Source of the DNA: Nostoc sp. DedSLP01
GTDB taxonomy: Bacteria > Cyanobacteriota > Cyanobacteriia > Cyanobacteriales > Nostocaceae
Assembly (NCBI GenBank): GCA_034530875.2
Contig: JAVRCJ020000009.1
Location: 96,001-160,000, forward strand
Direction of reading: 5' to 3'
DNA length: 64,000 nt
Positions 48,054 to 59,172 of this stretch are shown in pieces (position 1 is the first letter of the stretch; the number at the start of each line of letters is the position of its first letter). The position numbers and the translations under genes are program-made. The notes beneath the pieces are model-generated. The model worked only from the letters and a program-made list of their open reading frames with translations, did not search any database and was not told the origin of the DNA.

Positions 48054-50735
48054 GTGGCTGTTGCAGTTGAAAAATTAATAACATCGGATATTTTAAAACC
48101 AGCGCGTTACTTAGGTAACGAACGCTTAGCAGTGCACAAGGCTTGGGATACGGCAACTATACGCTGGGTTTTAACTTACCCAGAAGTTTATGAAGTTGGT
48201 GCATCTAACTTAGGGCATATCATTCTATATAACATTTTGAATGCCCAACCTCGCCAATTGTGCGATCGCGCCTACTTACCAGGGCAAGATCTCTCTAGCA
48301 AACTACGGGAAACTAATACACCGTTGTTTGCAGTAGAATCCAAGCGATCGCTAAGAGAATTCGACATTTTAGGTTTTAGCCTCAGTTACGAACTGGGTGC
48401 AACTAATATCCTAGAAATGTTAGATTTGGCAGGGATTCCCTTAACCTGGCAAGAAAGGCAACAAACCAGGGAAGAATTTAGCAATACCCAGCCTTCATTT
48501 CCGCTGATTTTTGCTGGCGGGCAGACAGCGACATCAAATCCGGAACCTTACGCCGACTTCTTCGACTTTTTCGCCCTTGGAGATGGAGAAGAATTACTGC
48601 CAGAAATTGGTTTGGTGTTGGAAGAAGGCAAACAACAAGGTTTGAGTCGCCAAGAATTGTTACTAGACTTGGCACAGATACCAGGTGTATATGTGCCGCA
48701 GTTTTATCAAATGGCAGAAGATGGCTCAGTTCATCCTCTGCGTCCGGATGTGCCAAAACGAATTTTGCGAAGAGTTGCAGCTCCGATTCCCGCCTATTCC
48801 ATTGGCTTAGTTCCCTATGTAGAAACAGTGCATGACCGCTTGACCATTGAAATTCGGCGCGGTTGCACTCGTGGCTGTCGCTTCTGTCAACCAGGAATGC
48901 TGACTCGACCAGCGCGAGATGTCGAACCGGATAAAGTGGTAGAGGCAATCGAACAAGGTATGCGGGCAACCGGGTACAATGAGTTTTCTTTACTGTCCCT
49001 GAGTTGTTCTGATTATTTATCCCTACCAGCAGTGGGGATGGAAATTAAAAATCGTTTAAAAAATGAAAACATCTCTTTGACTCTACCCAGCCAACGGGTA
49101 GACAGATTTGATGAAAATATTGCCAACATCCTGGGAGGTATCCGGCAAAGTGGGCTGACCTTTGCCCCAGAAGCTGGAACTCAGCGGCTACGAGACATCG
49201 TAAATAAGGGTTTGACAAATGAAGAATTGTTACGGGGAGTGAAAACTGCCTGGGAGCAAGGGTGGGATAAAATTAAGCTGTATTTTATGATTGGCTTGCC
49301 CGGTGAGACAGATGCTGACGTCTTAGGCATAGCCGAAACAGTAAATTGGCTTCAGCGCGAGTGTCGGGGCAAAGGCAGAAAACCCCTCAACTTTACTTTA
49401 ACCATTTCTAACTTTACTCCCAAGCCCCATACACCATTTCAGTGGCACTCAGTTTCTACCACTGAATTTAAACGCAAACAAAACCTGCTACGACAAGAAT
49501 TCCGGCGCATCAAGGGTGTAAAGGTAAATTTTACCGATGTCCGCATTTCGGCAATGGAAGATTTTATTGGACGAGGCGATCGCACTTTGGGGAAAGTACT
49601 GCGCCGCGCCTGGGAATTGGGTGCAGGTATGGATTCCTGGTTCGACAATTTAGATCGAGCTTTCAGTGCTTGGGGAGAGGCGATCGCTCAAGCTGGTCTA
49701 GATTGGAAATACCGCCAAATCGAAAATGGCGAATGGAATCTATTTCACGCACAGGAGCAGAGTGGAGAATTCCTAACTCAGCACTCCCCATCTCCCTATC
49801 TCCCTATCTCTCCACTCCCCACTCCCCACTCTCTCGACGCCCCCCTACCTTGGGATCGTATTGATACCGGAATTGACAAAAATTGGCTCAAAGAAGACTT
49901 GGAACGCGCCTTAGAAGCCGCAATTGTACCTGATTGCTCTTTTGAAGGTTGTTCTCACTGTGGCGTTTGTGGCACTGATTTTGGTCACAATATCGTCATT
50001 GAACCACCGACTGTGCCAAAATTTGCAGGTGAGTTTGTCCCTAACACTACCAAAACACAACGCATACGAGTTTGGTTTGGCAAACAGGGTAACATGTCTT
50101 TGGTTAGCCATCTGGATTTAATCCGTCTGTTTGACCGAGTTGTGCGGCGAGCAGGCTTGCCAATTGCTTTTACTGGTGGTTTTCATCCCATGCCGCGAAT
50201 TTCTCTAGCTACTGCTTTAGCTTTAGGAGCTACAAGCAGCGGAGAAATTGCTGATTTTGAGTTAACAATGCCAATGGCAATTGATACTTTTAAAGAGCAA
50301 TTAATTCGGGAAATGCCCACAGATATACCCATATATCATGTGGCAGAAATCGATTTAAAAGCTAAAGCAGCCAGCCAACTCTTAACAGCCGCAGAGCATT
50401 TGATGACTTTAGCAGCAGTTGAGGAAGTATTGCCTGGACAATGGCAGAACTGGATTGATACTATTAAAGCCAAAGATGAACTCTGGTACGAGCAAACAAC
50501 TAAATCAGGCAAAAGCCAGTTAATAAATCTGCGCGATCGCTTGTTTGAGATGGAATTGATAGAGACCCGCAATACTACAGCAGAATCTATATCTGTTATT
50601 CGTTATGTAGGTAGCTATCGCCAAGATGGTTGTCTGTTACGTCCTGAACAAATCGTGTTTATGTTAGAAGCAGTAGCTAATGTAGAATTTCAACTTCTAC
50701 ACATCCACCGCAATCGCCTCATTTTAGGGGTATAA
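48054..50735 (+). CDS. Radical SAM protein (TIGR03960-like) fused to a DUF2344-like domain
   Basis: KPARYLGNE, RGCTRGCRFC, C-terminal SHLDLIRLF...FTGGFHPMPR. Confidence 0.88.
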   Translation: MAVAVEKLITSDILKPARYLGNERLAVHKAWDTATIRWVLTYPEVYEVGASNLGHIILYNILNAQPRQLCDRAYLPGQDLSSKLRETNTPLFAVESKRSLREFDILGFSLSYELGATNILEMLDLAGIPLTWQERQQTREEFSNTQPSFPLIFAGGQTATSNPEPYADFFDFFALGDGEELLPEIGLVLEEGKQQGLSRQELLLDLAQIPGVYVPQFYQMAEDGSVHPLRPDVPKRILRRVAAPIPAYSIGLVPYVETVHDRLTIEIRRGCTRGCRFCQPGMLTRPARDVEPDKVVEAIEQGMRATGYNEFSLLSLSCSDYLSLPAVGMEIKNRLKNENISLTLPSQRVDRFDENIANILGGIRQSGLTFAPEAGTQRLRDIVNKGLTNEELLRGVKTAWEQGWDKIKLYFMIGLPGETDADVLGIAETVNWLQRECRGKGRKPLNFTLTISNFTPKPHTPFQWHSVSTTEFKRKQNLLRQEFRRIKGVKVNFTDVRISAMEDFIGRGDRTLGKVLRRAWELGAGMDSWFDNLDRAFSAWGEAIAQAGLDWKYRQIENGEWNLFHAQEQSGEFLTQHSPSPYLPISPLPTPHSLDAPLPWDRIDTGIDKNWLKEDLERALEAAIVPDCSFEGCSHCGVCGTDFGHNIVIEPPTVPKFAGEFVPNTTKTQRIRVWFGKQGNMSLVSHLDLIRLFDRVVRRAGLPIAFTGGFHPMPRISLATALALGATSSGEIADFELTMPMAIDTFKEQLIREMPTDIPIYHVAEIDLKAKAASQLLTAAEHLMTLAAVEEVLPGQWQNWIDTIKAKDELWYEQTTKSGKSQLINLRDRLFEMELIETRNTTAESISVIRYVGSYRQDGCLLRPEQIVFMLEAVANVEFQLLHIHRNRLILGV

Positions 50736-50768
50736 TCCACTGTATGAGGGCTTGCTAGTAGTTAGGAA

Positions 50769-50796
50769 TTGATTTTTAGCAAGGTTGCGTTAGAAT
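50769..50796 (+). promoter_or_regulatory. Putative sigma70 promoter for the long rne leader
   Basis: TTGATT-N16-TAGAAT. Confidence 0.4.
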
Positions 50797-51761
50797 GAGA
50801 TGAAGAGAAATTTTCTGGCGCTGCATTGAATTAGCTGGTTCACTACCCTCGCGTTCAGAGGGCGAAAGCAAAGACATTAGAGTGCAACTTCTAGGATTTC
50901 ATCCCAGACAAACTGAGGCAGATTAAAGAACACACACTCTCTCTATAGCTACCTTGTGAATCAGTAACGAACAGCAGGCTCGGTTAGGTTCTCTAACTCC
51001 ATGCTTTTTAAACAACTGCTGAATGTCTAATCCACAGTAGTGCCTAAGAGCGAGTGCGTTACTCTTGTAGAGTTTTACTCCTTTGGAGAGCTCGCTATTC
51101 AAGCAACTGCCGTCGGCTATGCCGACTTCTAGACGCCCACAGACGTGCAAAGCCAAAGTGCAGCTTGCCGTAAGCTAGGGCAAGTTCACGCACAAGAGCA
51201 ACCGATGTTGCTGAATATCACCCTAAGGATAAATCTGGGGAATGGAAAATAGAAGTAGTTTCTTTTTGTTAACGACTTCAGTAAATTACTCTCAAATCAA
51301 GCATCCTGAATTCAAAGCTGACTCAGGATTTAGTACTTTTAACTCATAACTCTCTTTCCAAGAGAGTTTCCACCACAAATCAACCACAGACGGTTGATTT
51401 CATTACTTAAACAATATGAATATGCAGCCGTTCTGGAATAATCAAGCGTAATTAGTTAACGATTCTTATTACCAGTAGCGTTTTTTAAGGCTTACAGGAG
51501 AAAAGGTATAATATCAAACGGAAATAACACTGATAATGAACATTGACGCAAATAGAAGTTTGAGCTAGGGCTAAAGAGCAGGTTCTGCAAAAGGACTACC
51601 AATGATGGTATCATCCGATTTACAAAGCGTCTCCTTCAACACAAGGGTACACAACTTCCGAAAAGACTAATACCAGGAAGTTTTCATTTATAAGTAATTA
51701 GCCGGACTTGATATAACAAACCTCTAGACCTGTTAGTGCTGCCAATTTTTGAGGAAATTGA

Positions 51762-53855
51762 ATGCCAAAACAAATTATTATCGCGGAGCAGCACCAAATT
51801 GCTGCGGTTTTTTCTGAAGATCAGATACAGGAACTAGTTGTTGCTACGGGTCATCATCAAATAGGTGATATCTACTTGGGAGTAGTAGAAAACGTATTAC
51901 CTGGAATTGATGCGGCTTTTGTTAATATTGGCGACCCAGAGCGCAACGGTTTTATTCACGTCACTGACTTAGGGCCGTTAAAGTTAAAGCGTACCGCAGC
52001 GGCAATTACAGAACTATTAGCACCACAACAGAAAGTGTTGGTGCAAGTGATGAAAGAGCCAACAGGTACAAAAGGGCCGAGGCTTACGGGTAATATCACC
52101 TTACCCGGACGCTATGTCGTACTCATGCCTTATGGCAGAGGTGTAAATTTATCCCGACGCATTAAAAGTGAAAGCGAGCGCAACCGCTTGCGGGCACTAG
52201 CGATTTTAATTAAACCGGCGGGAATGGGTTTGCTTGTGCGTACAGAAGCAGAAGGCAAACCAGAAGAAGCAATCATGGAAGATTTAGAGGTGCTGCAAAA
52301 GCAATGGGAAGCCATCCAGCAGGAAGCCCATTCCACTCGCGCTCCAGCACTGCTGAATCGGGATGATGATTTTATTCAGCGCGTATTGCGAGATATGTAC
52401 GGTGCGGATGTGAATCGGATTGTCGTAGATTCCAGTACTGGTTTGAAGCGAGTTAAACAGTACTTGCAGAACTGGAGTGGCGGTCAAACACCCCAAGGAT
52501 TGTTGATTGACCATCATCGCGATCGCTCGCCAATTTTAGAGTACTTCCGAATCAATGCTGCCATTCGAGAAGCCCTGAAACCAAGAGTAGACCTACCTTC
52601 TGGAGGTTACATCATCATTCAGCCGACTGAGGCACTGACAGTAATTGATGTTAACTCAGGTTCCTTCACGCGATCGGCAACAGCTAGAGAAACAGTTTTG
52701 TGGACAAACTGCGAAGCTGCAACAGAAATTGCTCGCCAGTTACGTCTGCGAAATATTGCTGGAGTGATTGTCGTTGATTTTATTGATATGGAATCGCGAC
52801 GCGACCAACTGCAAGTCCTGGAACACTTTAATAAAGCACTTAAAGCAGACAAAGCTCGTCCCCAAATTGCTCAATTAACTGAATTGGGATTAGTAGAACT
52901 GACTCGCAAACGTCAGGGTCAAAATATTTACGAATTGTTCGGTGAAACTTGTCCCACCTGTGGCGGTTTAGGACATACTGTACGTCTGCCTGGAGAAATC
53001 GAAAACCGATTCCCCATACCAACAGAAGTACCAGAACGCGAGCGTTTTGTATCTCCTCTACCTCACAGAGAACCACGTCAGCCAGCAGCCCGCATTCCGG
53101 AACCACGAGAAAGCTATGATGGATTTGGAGAAGCATTTGATGGTGACTCAGAATTAAGTAATCTCAATCTCATCAATCATCCCAGCTATCAAGAACTGAA
53201 CGACAACAAGCGTCGCACCCGCACTCGCCGCAGTCGGATTGGTGGTATCAATGGATTAAATGGGAAAGATGAAGCCCGGAGTGGTAATAATCCCCTAGCT
53301 TTTGTCAACGATTCAGATTTAGACCTCGATCTCGAACCAGAATTAGGAGGAACACCAGAGATTCCTTCGCCTACTCTTGGTAAACCAGGTTGGAGCGAAA
53401 GAATAGAGCGCACTAAAATTACTAAAGCAGAGCCTGTTAAACCAGTGGTAGAACCACCGGAAATTAGGACTGTAGAAATGACGCTCCAAGAACAGGACAT
53501 GTTTGCCTTAATGGGAATCTCTCCTTTGGTGAAATTAGAGCAAGAAGTTAAAAATCCCAAGTCTGTGATTATTAACGTAATTCAGCCTGGTCAATTGCCA
53601 ACGATACCAACGGAATCAAGCCCAGAATCAACTATTGTCCCCAAAGCAACATCGGAACTTCCTGTAAGTAAAACGCCGATACCAAAAGTTATTGAGCCAG
53701 AACAAAAACCCTTAATTCCAGAGACAACCGAACCATCAGGGTTTACTGACACCCCTGAGATACCTTTGACGAATGTAGATGAAAGTGATAGCAGTAGCAC
53801 TGCCACTGCCAACCGTCGTCGGCGTCGTCGTTCCTCGGCGAGCGAGGACAATTAA
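51762..53855 (+). CDS. rne: Ribonuclease E
   Basis: S1 domain, IDVNSG, IVVDFIDM, CPTCGG zinc link, C-terminal RRRRRRSSA microdomain. Confidence 0.96.
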   Translation: MPKQIIIAEQHQIAAVFSEDQIQELVVATGHHQIGDIYLGVVENVLPGIDAAFVNIGDPERNGFIHVTDLGPLKLKRTAAAITELLAPQQKVLVQVMKEPTGTKGPRLTGNITLPGRYVVLMPYGRGVNLSRRIKSESERNRLRALAILIKPAGMGLLVRTEAEGKPEEAIMEDLEVLQKQWEAIQQEAHSTRAPALLNRDDDFIQRVLRDMYGADVNRIVVDSSTGLKRVKQYLQNWSGGQTPQGLLIDHHRDRSPILEYFRINAAIREALKPRVDLPSGGYIIIQPTEALTVIDVNSGSFTRSATARETVLWTNCEAATEIARQLRLRNIAGVIVVDFIDMESRRDQLQVLEHFNKALKADKARPQIAQLTELGLVELTRKRQGQNIYELFGETCPTCGGLGHTVRLPGEIENRFPIPTEVPERERFVSPLPHREPRQPAARIPEPRESYDGFGEAFDGDSELSNLNLINHPSYQELNDNKRRTRTRRSRIGGINGLNGKDEARSGNNPLAFVNDSDLDLDLEPELGGTPEIPSPTLGKPGWSERIERTKITKAEPVKPVVEPPEIRTVEMTLQEQDMFALMGISPLVKLEQEVKNPKSVIINVIQPGQLPTIPTESSPESTIVPKATSELPVSKTPIPKVIEPEQKPLIPETTEPSGFTDTPEIPLTNVDESDSSSTATANRRRRRRSSASEDN

Positions 53856-53863
53856 TTTGCCTT

Positions 53864-54541
53864 ATGGTAGAAACACAGCAAACTGCTGCTATTTACTCGC
53901 CAGTACCTGGGGAAAAATCTAGTTGGCTGGAGTTTTCTACTTTGTCAGGAGTTCCAGAGCTAGTTGCAGGTGTGGATGAAGTAGGGCGAGGGGCTTTATT
54001 TGGCCCCGTGGTAGCGGCTACGGTGATACTTCCAGATGATGCTTTGCCAAAATTAATGGCAGCTAAAATTAAAGACAGTAAAAAGCTGTCTAGCCAAAGA
54101 AGGACTCAGCTAGCGCAGCAAATTTGTGAGCTAGCTGTAGATTGGAAAATTGGATTTGCTTCTACTGCGGAAATTGACAAGATAAATATTTTGCAAGCCA
54201 CGCTGTTAGCAATGAAGCGGGCTGTACTGAAGTTAAAGGTACAGCCTGCACTGTGCTTAGTTGATGGGAATCAGTTAATTAAAGACTTGCCGCTGCCTCA
54301 GCAAACAATAGTCAAAGGAGACGAGCGATCGCTTGCTATTGCCTCTGCCAGTATTGTCGCCAAAGTTTGGCGTGACGAGCTAATAATGCGTCTAGCATTA
54401 AAATACCCAATGTACAACTTAGATTGTAATAAAGGTTATGGTAGCCAGCAGCATTTGCTGGCTCTGCAACAATACGGGCCATCGCCATTACATCGCAAGT
54501 CTTTTCGTCCTTGCCAAATCAAAGTACTAGATATTCAATGA
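53864..54541 (+). CDS. rnhB: Ribonuclease HII
   Basis: AGVDEVGRG, DSKKL, VDG, ASIVAKV, KGYG. Confidence 0.96.
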   Translation: MVETQQTAAIYSPVPGEKSSWLEFSTLSGVPELVAGVDEVGRGALFGPVVAATVILPDDALPKLMAAKIKDSKKLSSQRRTQLAQQICELAVDWKIGFASTAEIDKINILQATLLAMKRAVLKLKVQPALCLVDGNQLIKDLPLPQQTIVKGDERSLAIASASIVAKVWRDELIMRLALKYPMYNLDCNKGYGSQQHLLALQQYGPSPLHRKSFRPCQIKVLDIQ

Positions 54542-54549
54542 GTTAATCG

Positions 54550-55137
54550 TTACTCAAGATTCAGCATTGGTAATTCAGTACTATCACCGTCAAGTCCTCT
54601 ATCCTTCATTTGTGATATCACCCAATAGCGATAATCTGCTAAAAGTTGATGTAATAAGCGTTGCTTAATTGTTAACAGCACGCTTTTTAGCAAACCATTG
54701 CCGGTAGCCTCTAAAATTGGCTTCGGAGTTAGGGAAAATGGCGGTGGCAAATCTATCTGTACTTCTAAATCAGCTCTTCCTTGGAGCCGAGTACCAGTGC
54801 TTAGTTCCTTGGGAGATAAATATCCTTTTAAATTGAGAGCAAAACGCTGATTAATATACTCAAAACCCAAGATTTCACAACTTAGCGATCGCAAATAAAT
54901 TATGTCATTTGATTCTGCCCAAACTCTCATGTCCACAGTTGGTTGAATACTCAGTGACATAAAAGTTAGCGGACGCATTTTTAAACGAAATATCTCTTCA
55001 GAAAGTTGCTGAATCCGGCTATTATCAGCTAAAGCCTTAACTAGACGTTGAGGCTGACGCAAATAGTGCTGAATCGGAATAGGCTCCTTTGGAACAGCGA
55101 TTTCAACTGATTGGGAGGCAGTAAACCGGGTAGCCAT
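54550..55137 (-). CDS. DUF1997-like protein
   Basis: IQHYLRQPQRLV...FRLKMRPL...LEATGNGLL. Confidence 0.75.
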   Translation of the reverse strand: MATRFTASQSVEIAVPKEPIPIQHYLRQPQRLVKALADNSRIQQLSEEIFRLKMRPLTFMSLSIQPTVDMRVWAESNDIIYLRSLSCEILGFEYINQRFALNLKGYLSPKELSTGTRLQGRADLEVQIDLPPPFSLTPKPILEATGNGLLKSVLLTIKQRLLHQLLADYRYWVISQMKDRGLDGDSTELPMLNLE

Positions 55138-55571
55138 GAGCGAATAAAAATATCTGTTTCTTAATTTTAATATTTTTTAACAAATTATATCTGGTTACAG
55201 TGAAGTAAAAACTTTATTTACCATCAAAATTATAGTTGTTAATGAGGTATACGCGAGCGAAAAAACTTGGTAGGCTCATTACTATCTTCTTTTCAAGAAA
55301 GCATAAATTAAAAATTAAGCATTGACAAAAAAGTATCAATATGCAAATAAAAATCGTATAAGCTAATAAAATTTATCTTCGACCTTTAGAAAACATCAAG
55401 GAAAAAGCTGCATACAAATCTGACTGGTAGACGAATTGTATAGATAGCTTATTTACTTAAATTAATATTCAATTTATTTGTATGTAAATAAAAATATTTA
55501 GGATAAAATTCTTTTCTACAATCCTTTTCAATCCTCAATTTTAGTGAAAGGATCAACTAAAGGCTAAAGGT

Positions 55572-56444
55572 ATGACTATATCGATCGCACATTTAGGGCC
55601 TCCTGGTACTTACTCAGAACAAGCAGCTGTTTTTTATGCCAATTGGTTGGGTAAAAGTACGGGAGTTGAAGCTATGTTATCGCCTTATCCCAGCATCTCC
55701 CAATCACTGCACGCTGTTGCTAAAGGCCAAACCCAGCTGGCTGTTGTGCCAGTGGAAAACTCCATTGAAGGGAGTGTGACCATGACGCTCGATACAGTAT
55801 GGCAGTTGGAAGGCTTGCAAATTCAGCTGGCTTTGGTATTACCTATTGTGCATAATTTAATTTCTTGTGCGACTAGCATAGAAAGCATTCAAACTGTTTA
55901 CTCGCATCCCCAAGCTTTGGCTCAATGTCAGGGATGGTTACAACGATTCCTTCCACAAGTACAAATTATTGCCAACAATTCTACAACCGAAGCTCTAGAG
56001 CGATTGAAACAAGAGCCGACAATAGCAACTATCGCCTCTAGTAGAGCAGCACAACTTTACAATCTGCCGATACTTGCCAGCGGGATTAATGACTATCCCG
56101 AAAACTGTACTCGTTTTTGGGTAGTAAGTCAGGATGAAATAAATACTAGATATGAAAAGCCAAAACCAATTGCTAGTCACACATCTCTAGCTTTTAGCGT
56201 ACCTGCCAACGTCCCAGGAGCATTAGTCAAACCTTTGCAAATCTTTGCTCAGCTAGGAATCAACCTCAGCCGGATTGAGTCTCGTCCGACAAAGCGATCG
56301 CTAGGCGAATATTTATTTTTTATAGATGTAGAAGCAGATGCCAACGAAACACAAATGCAATCTGCTTTATCAGAATTAAGCACCTACACAGAGATTCTGA
56401 GAATTTTGGGCAGCTACAATATTTTACCAATAAGTGCTGTTTAG
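55572..56444 (+). CDS. pheA: Prephenate dehydratase
   Basis: LGPPGTYS, VPVENSIEG, SHPQALAQC, TRF, ACT domain IESRP. Confidence 0.96.
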   Translation: MTISIAHLGPPGTYSEQAAVFYANWLGKSTGVEAMLSPYPSISQSLHAVAKGQTQLAVVPVENSIEGSVTMTLDTVWQLEGLQIQLALVLPIVHNLISCATSIESIQTVYSHPQALAQCQGWLQRFLPQVQIIANNSTTEALERLKQEPTIATIASSRAAQLYNLPILASGINDYPENCTRFWVVSQDEINTRYEKPKPIASHTSLAFSVPANVPGALVKPLQIFAQLGINLSRIESRPTKRSLGEYLFFIDVEADANETQMQSALSELSTYTEILRILGSYNILPISAV

Positions 56445-56521
56445 TCATTTGTCAGTTGTCATTGTTCTTTGCGATCGACAAATAAACAATAACCAATGAC
56501 TAATGACTAAATAACTACTCA

Positions 56522-57169
56522 TCATTTATCATTAAATGTATCTTTAAGAACAGCCCGAGCTGCCAAATGATTGCGAGTAGAAGTTAAAATTTCTGCTTCA
56601 CGCTCTAGACGAGTTGCAGTATCTTGCATTTCTAGCAATAACTGTTGTTCTGCGGCAACACCATAGAGGTTACTAGCTACCCAATAAGATAGCTCTATTG
56701 GGAGGTCGGGCAAATCTTCTGGCAACTCAATATTTTGTTCGGTGAGTTTCGCTGACAGACGTACAACATCCCGCAGTAGTTGTTCTACTTCTGAAGCCAA
56801 AGGTCGCAAATCTTTAGTTGGTGGGTGGTCTTCAATCCACTCCACTAAGCCAACACGGTATGGCTTTTCACGAACGTATTCTAAGACACGAAATCTTTGC
56901 TGCCCCAAAGTCAACATTTTCATCCGATCGTCTGGCAGCCGCTGATGATGAATGATTTCAGCACAGCAGCCAGTGTTTGCAATAGTGCCTTTAACAGGAT
57001 CGAACATCAAAACACCGAACCTGCGATCGCTCTCCAAAATCGTGTTCATCATAATTCGGTAGCGAAATTCAAAGATGTGCAGGGGCAATGGTCTAGTAGG
57101 AAATAGAACTACTTCGGGTAACGGGAACAGAGGTAGTTCGCGGACTGCAATTTTAGAAGATGATGCCAT
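56522..57169 (-). CDS. LON peptidase N-terminal (substrate-binding) domain protein
   Basis: LPLFPLPEVVLFP...LHIFEFRYRIM; no AAA+ domain. Confidence 0.9.
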   Translation of the reverse strand: MASSSKIAVRELPLFPLPEVVLFPTRPLPLHIFEFRYRIMMNTILESDRRFGVLMFDPVKGTIANTGCCAEIIHHQRLPDDRMKMLTLGQQRFRVLEYVREKPYRVGLVEWIEDHPPTKDLRPLASEVEQLLRDVVRLSAKLTEQNIELPEDLPDLPIELSYWVASNLYGVAAEQQLLLEMQDTATRLEREAEILTSTRNHLAARAVLKDTFNDK

Positions 57170-57262
57170 TGTTACCTTGGTATAAACTTAATCTTTAAAA
57201 TTTATTTTTCTCTGCTTTTCCCGTAATTTGTCTACATTCTACCATTTGTTTTAGGGCTAAAT

Positions 57263-57292
57263 AAAAAGCCCTGAGATATATTTCTTCAGGGC
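57263..57292 (-). terminator. Intrinsic terminator downstream of rpsJ
   Basis: Minus strand GCCCTGAAG...CTCAGGGC followed by TTTTT. Confidence 0.7.
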
Positions 57293-57434
57293 AAAGTAAA
57301 TATTCATACTAATGTCATTATTTTTTGTTTTGTCTTACAAAGTTTAAGCACAGGAACCTCGCTTAGACTTTGCGTTTTGTCAATTAACCTTCGTCTATTG
57401 ACTAATGACTAATGACTAATAACTAATGACTAAA

Positions 57435-57752
57435 TTAAAGTTTGACTTCGATATCTACACCGGATGGTAAATCTAATTTCATCAAAGCATCAATAGTTTT
57501 AGAAGATGGCTGGTAGATGTCAATAATCCGGCGATGAGTACGGGTTTCAAAGTGTTCCCGTGAATCTTTATCTACGTGAGGCGATCGCAGCACACAGTAG
57601 ATTCGGCGTTTTGTTGGTAAAGGAATGGGGCCGATCGCTGTAGCATTGGTGCGGTTTGCGGTGTCTACAATCTTCTCGCAAGATGTATCTAATAGGCGTC
57701 GGTCAAAAGCTTGTAAGCGAATTCTAATTTTCTGCTGCTGTAGAGTTGCCAT
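57435..57752 (-). CDS. rpsJ: 30S ribosomal protein S10
   Basis: [10 protein letters not shown]...GPIPLPT...[14 protein letters not shown]. Confidence 0.98.
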   Translation of the reverse strand: MATLQQQKIRIRLQAFDRRLLDTSCEKIVDTANRTNATAIGPIPLPTKRRIYCVLRSPHVDKDSREHFETRTHRRIIDIYQPSSKTIDALMKLDLPSGVDIEVKL

Positions 57753-57864
57753 CTTTAATTTTCCAGGTTCTGCGTAATTAGGGGAGTAGTAAGTGGGGAG
57801 TGGTGAGTGGGGAGTGTCTTTTTCCCGACTCCCTACTCCCCACTCCCTTTAATTAAAGGAAGAG

Positions 57865-57902
57865 AAAGGAGCAGAGAGAAATCGTATCATCTCTGCTCCT
57901 TT
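57865..57902 (-). terminator. Hairpin/terminator after tuf
   Basis: AAAGGAGCAGAGA...TCTCTGCTCCTTT. Confidence 0.65.
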
Positions 57903-57920
57903 GTTATGAGCAAAAAGGTG

Positions 57921-59150
57921 CTATTTCAGAATTTTGGAAACGACACCAGCACCGATGGTGCGGCCGCCTTCACGAATAGCGAAGCGCATTCCTTGTTCGA
58001 TAGCGATCGGGTTGATCAATTCAACTGTCATCTTGATGCGATCGCCTGGCATTACCATTTCTGCCTCGTCGCCATTATCAGCGGTGAAAGTTTTGATGGT
58101 ACCAGTTACATCGGTTGTCCGCACGTAGAACTGGGGACGATAACCAGCGAAGAATGGAGTCTTACGACCACCTTCTTTCTCTGTTAAAACGTATACTTCA
58201 CCTTCAAATTGAGTATGAGGTGTAATCGAACCGGGTTTAGCAATTACCATACCCCGTTCGATATCAGCCTTTTGGATACCTCTGAGTAGTACCCCAGCGT
58301 TATCCCCAGCCATACCTTGGTCGAGACTCTTCTTGAACATCTCAATACCAGTTACGGTGGTAGCGCGAGTATCTCTGATACCCACTAGTTCAACGTTATC
58401 GCCGACTTTAACTACACCGCGCTCAATCCGACCTGTAGCAACAGTACCACGACCAGTGATGGAGAACACGTCTTCCACAGCCATCAAGAAAGGCTTGTCA
58501 ACATCCCGTTCGGGGGTGGGAATGTAAGAATCTACAGCATCCATTAGTTCGTAGATTTTGTCTACCCACTTATTTTCTCCCCGTTGGGTTTTGGGATTCT
58601 TAGTCATTGCTTCTAGAGCTTGCAGACCAGAACCTTTGATGATGGGGATGTCATCGCCAGGGAAATCGTAGCTAGAAAGCAATTCCCGCAGTTCTAGTTC
58701 TACTAGTTCCAAAAGTTCTTCGTCATCCATCAAGTCTTCTTTGTTTAAGAAGACAACCAGACTAGGAACGCCTACCTGTTTTGCCAGCAGGATGTGTTCG
58801 CGGGTTTGGGGCATAGGACCATCGGTAGCAGCAACCACAAGGATGCCTCCATCCATTTGCGCTGCGCCAGTGATCATGTTTTTCACATAGTCAGCGTGTC
58901 CGGGACAGTCCACGTGAGCATAGTGCCGCTTTTCGGTTTCATACTCTACGTGAGCAGTATTGATAGTAATACCCCGTGCCTTTTCTTCTGGCGCGTTATC
59001 AATTTGGTCGTAGCCCTTAGCTACAGCTTGACCGAGAGCCGCCAAGGTCATAGTGATGGCTGCTGTCAAGGTAGTTTTACCGTGGTCAACGTGGCCAACT
59101 GTACCGATATTAATGTGGGGTTTAGTCCTTTCAAACTTTGCGCGTGCCAT
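57921..59150 (-). CDS. tuf: Elongation factor Tu
   Basis: [25 protein letters not shown]. Confidence 0.99.
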   Translation of the reverse strand: MARAKFERTKPHINIGTVGHVDHGKTTLTAAITMTLAALGQAVAKGYDQIDNAPEEKARGITINTAHVEYETEKRHYAHVDCPGHADYVKNMITGAAQMDGGILVVAATDGPMPQTREHILLAKQVGVPSLVVFLNKEDLMDDEELLELVELELRELLSSYDFPGDDIPIIKGSGLQALEAMTKNPKTQRGENKWVDKIYELMDAVDSYIPTPERDVDKPFLMAVEDVFSITGRGTVATGRIERGVVKVGDNVELVGIRDTRATTVTGIEMFKKSLDQGMAGDNAGVLLRGIQKADIERGMVIAKPGSITPHTQFEGEVYVLTEKEGGRKTPFFAGYRPQFYVRTTDVTGTIKTFTADNGDEAEMVMPGDRIKMTVELINPIAIEQGMRFAIREGGRTIGAGVVSKILK

Positions 59151-59172
59151 GAATCCTCGTTTCCTTTTTTAA

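Noticed and set aside
50923..51156. 77-aa minus-strand ORF in the rne leader
   Set aside because: TTG start, no homology cues; region looks like structured RNA.
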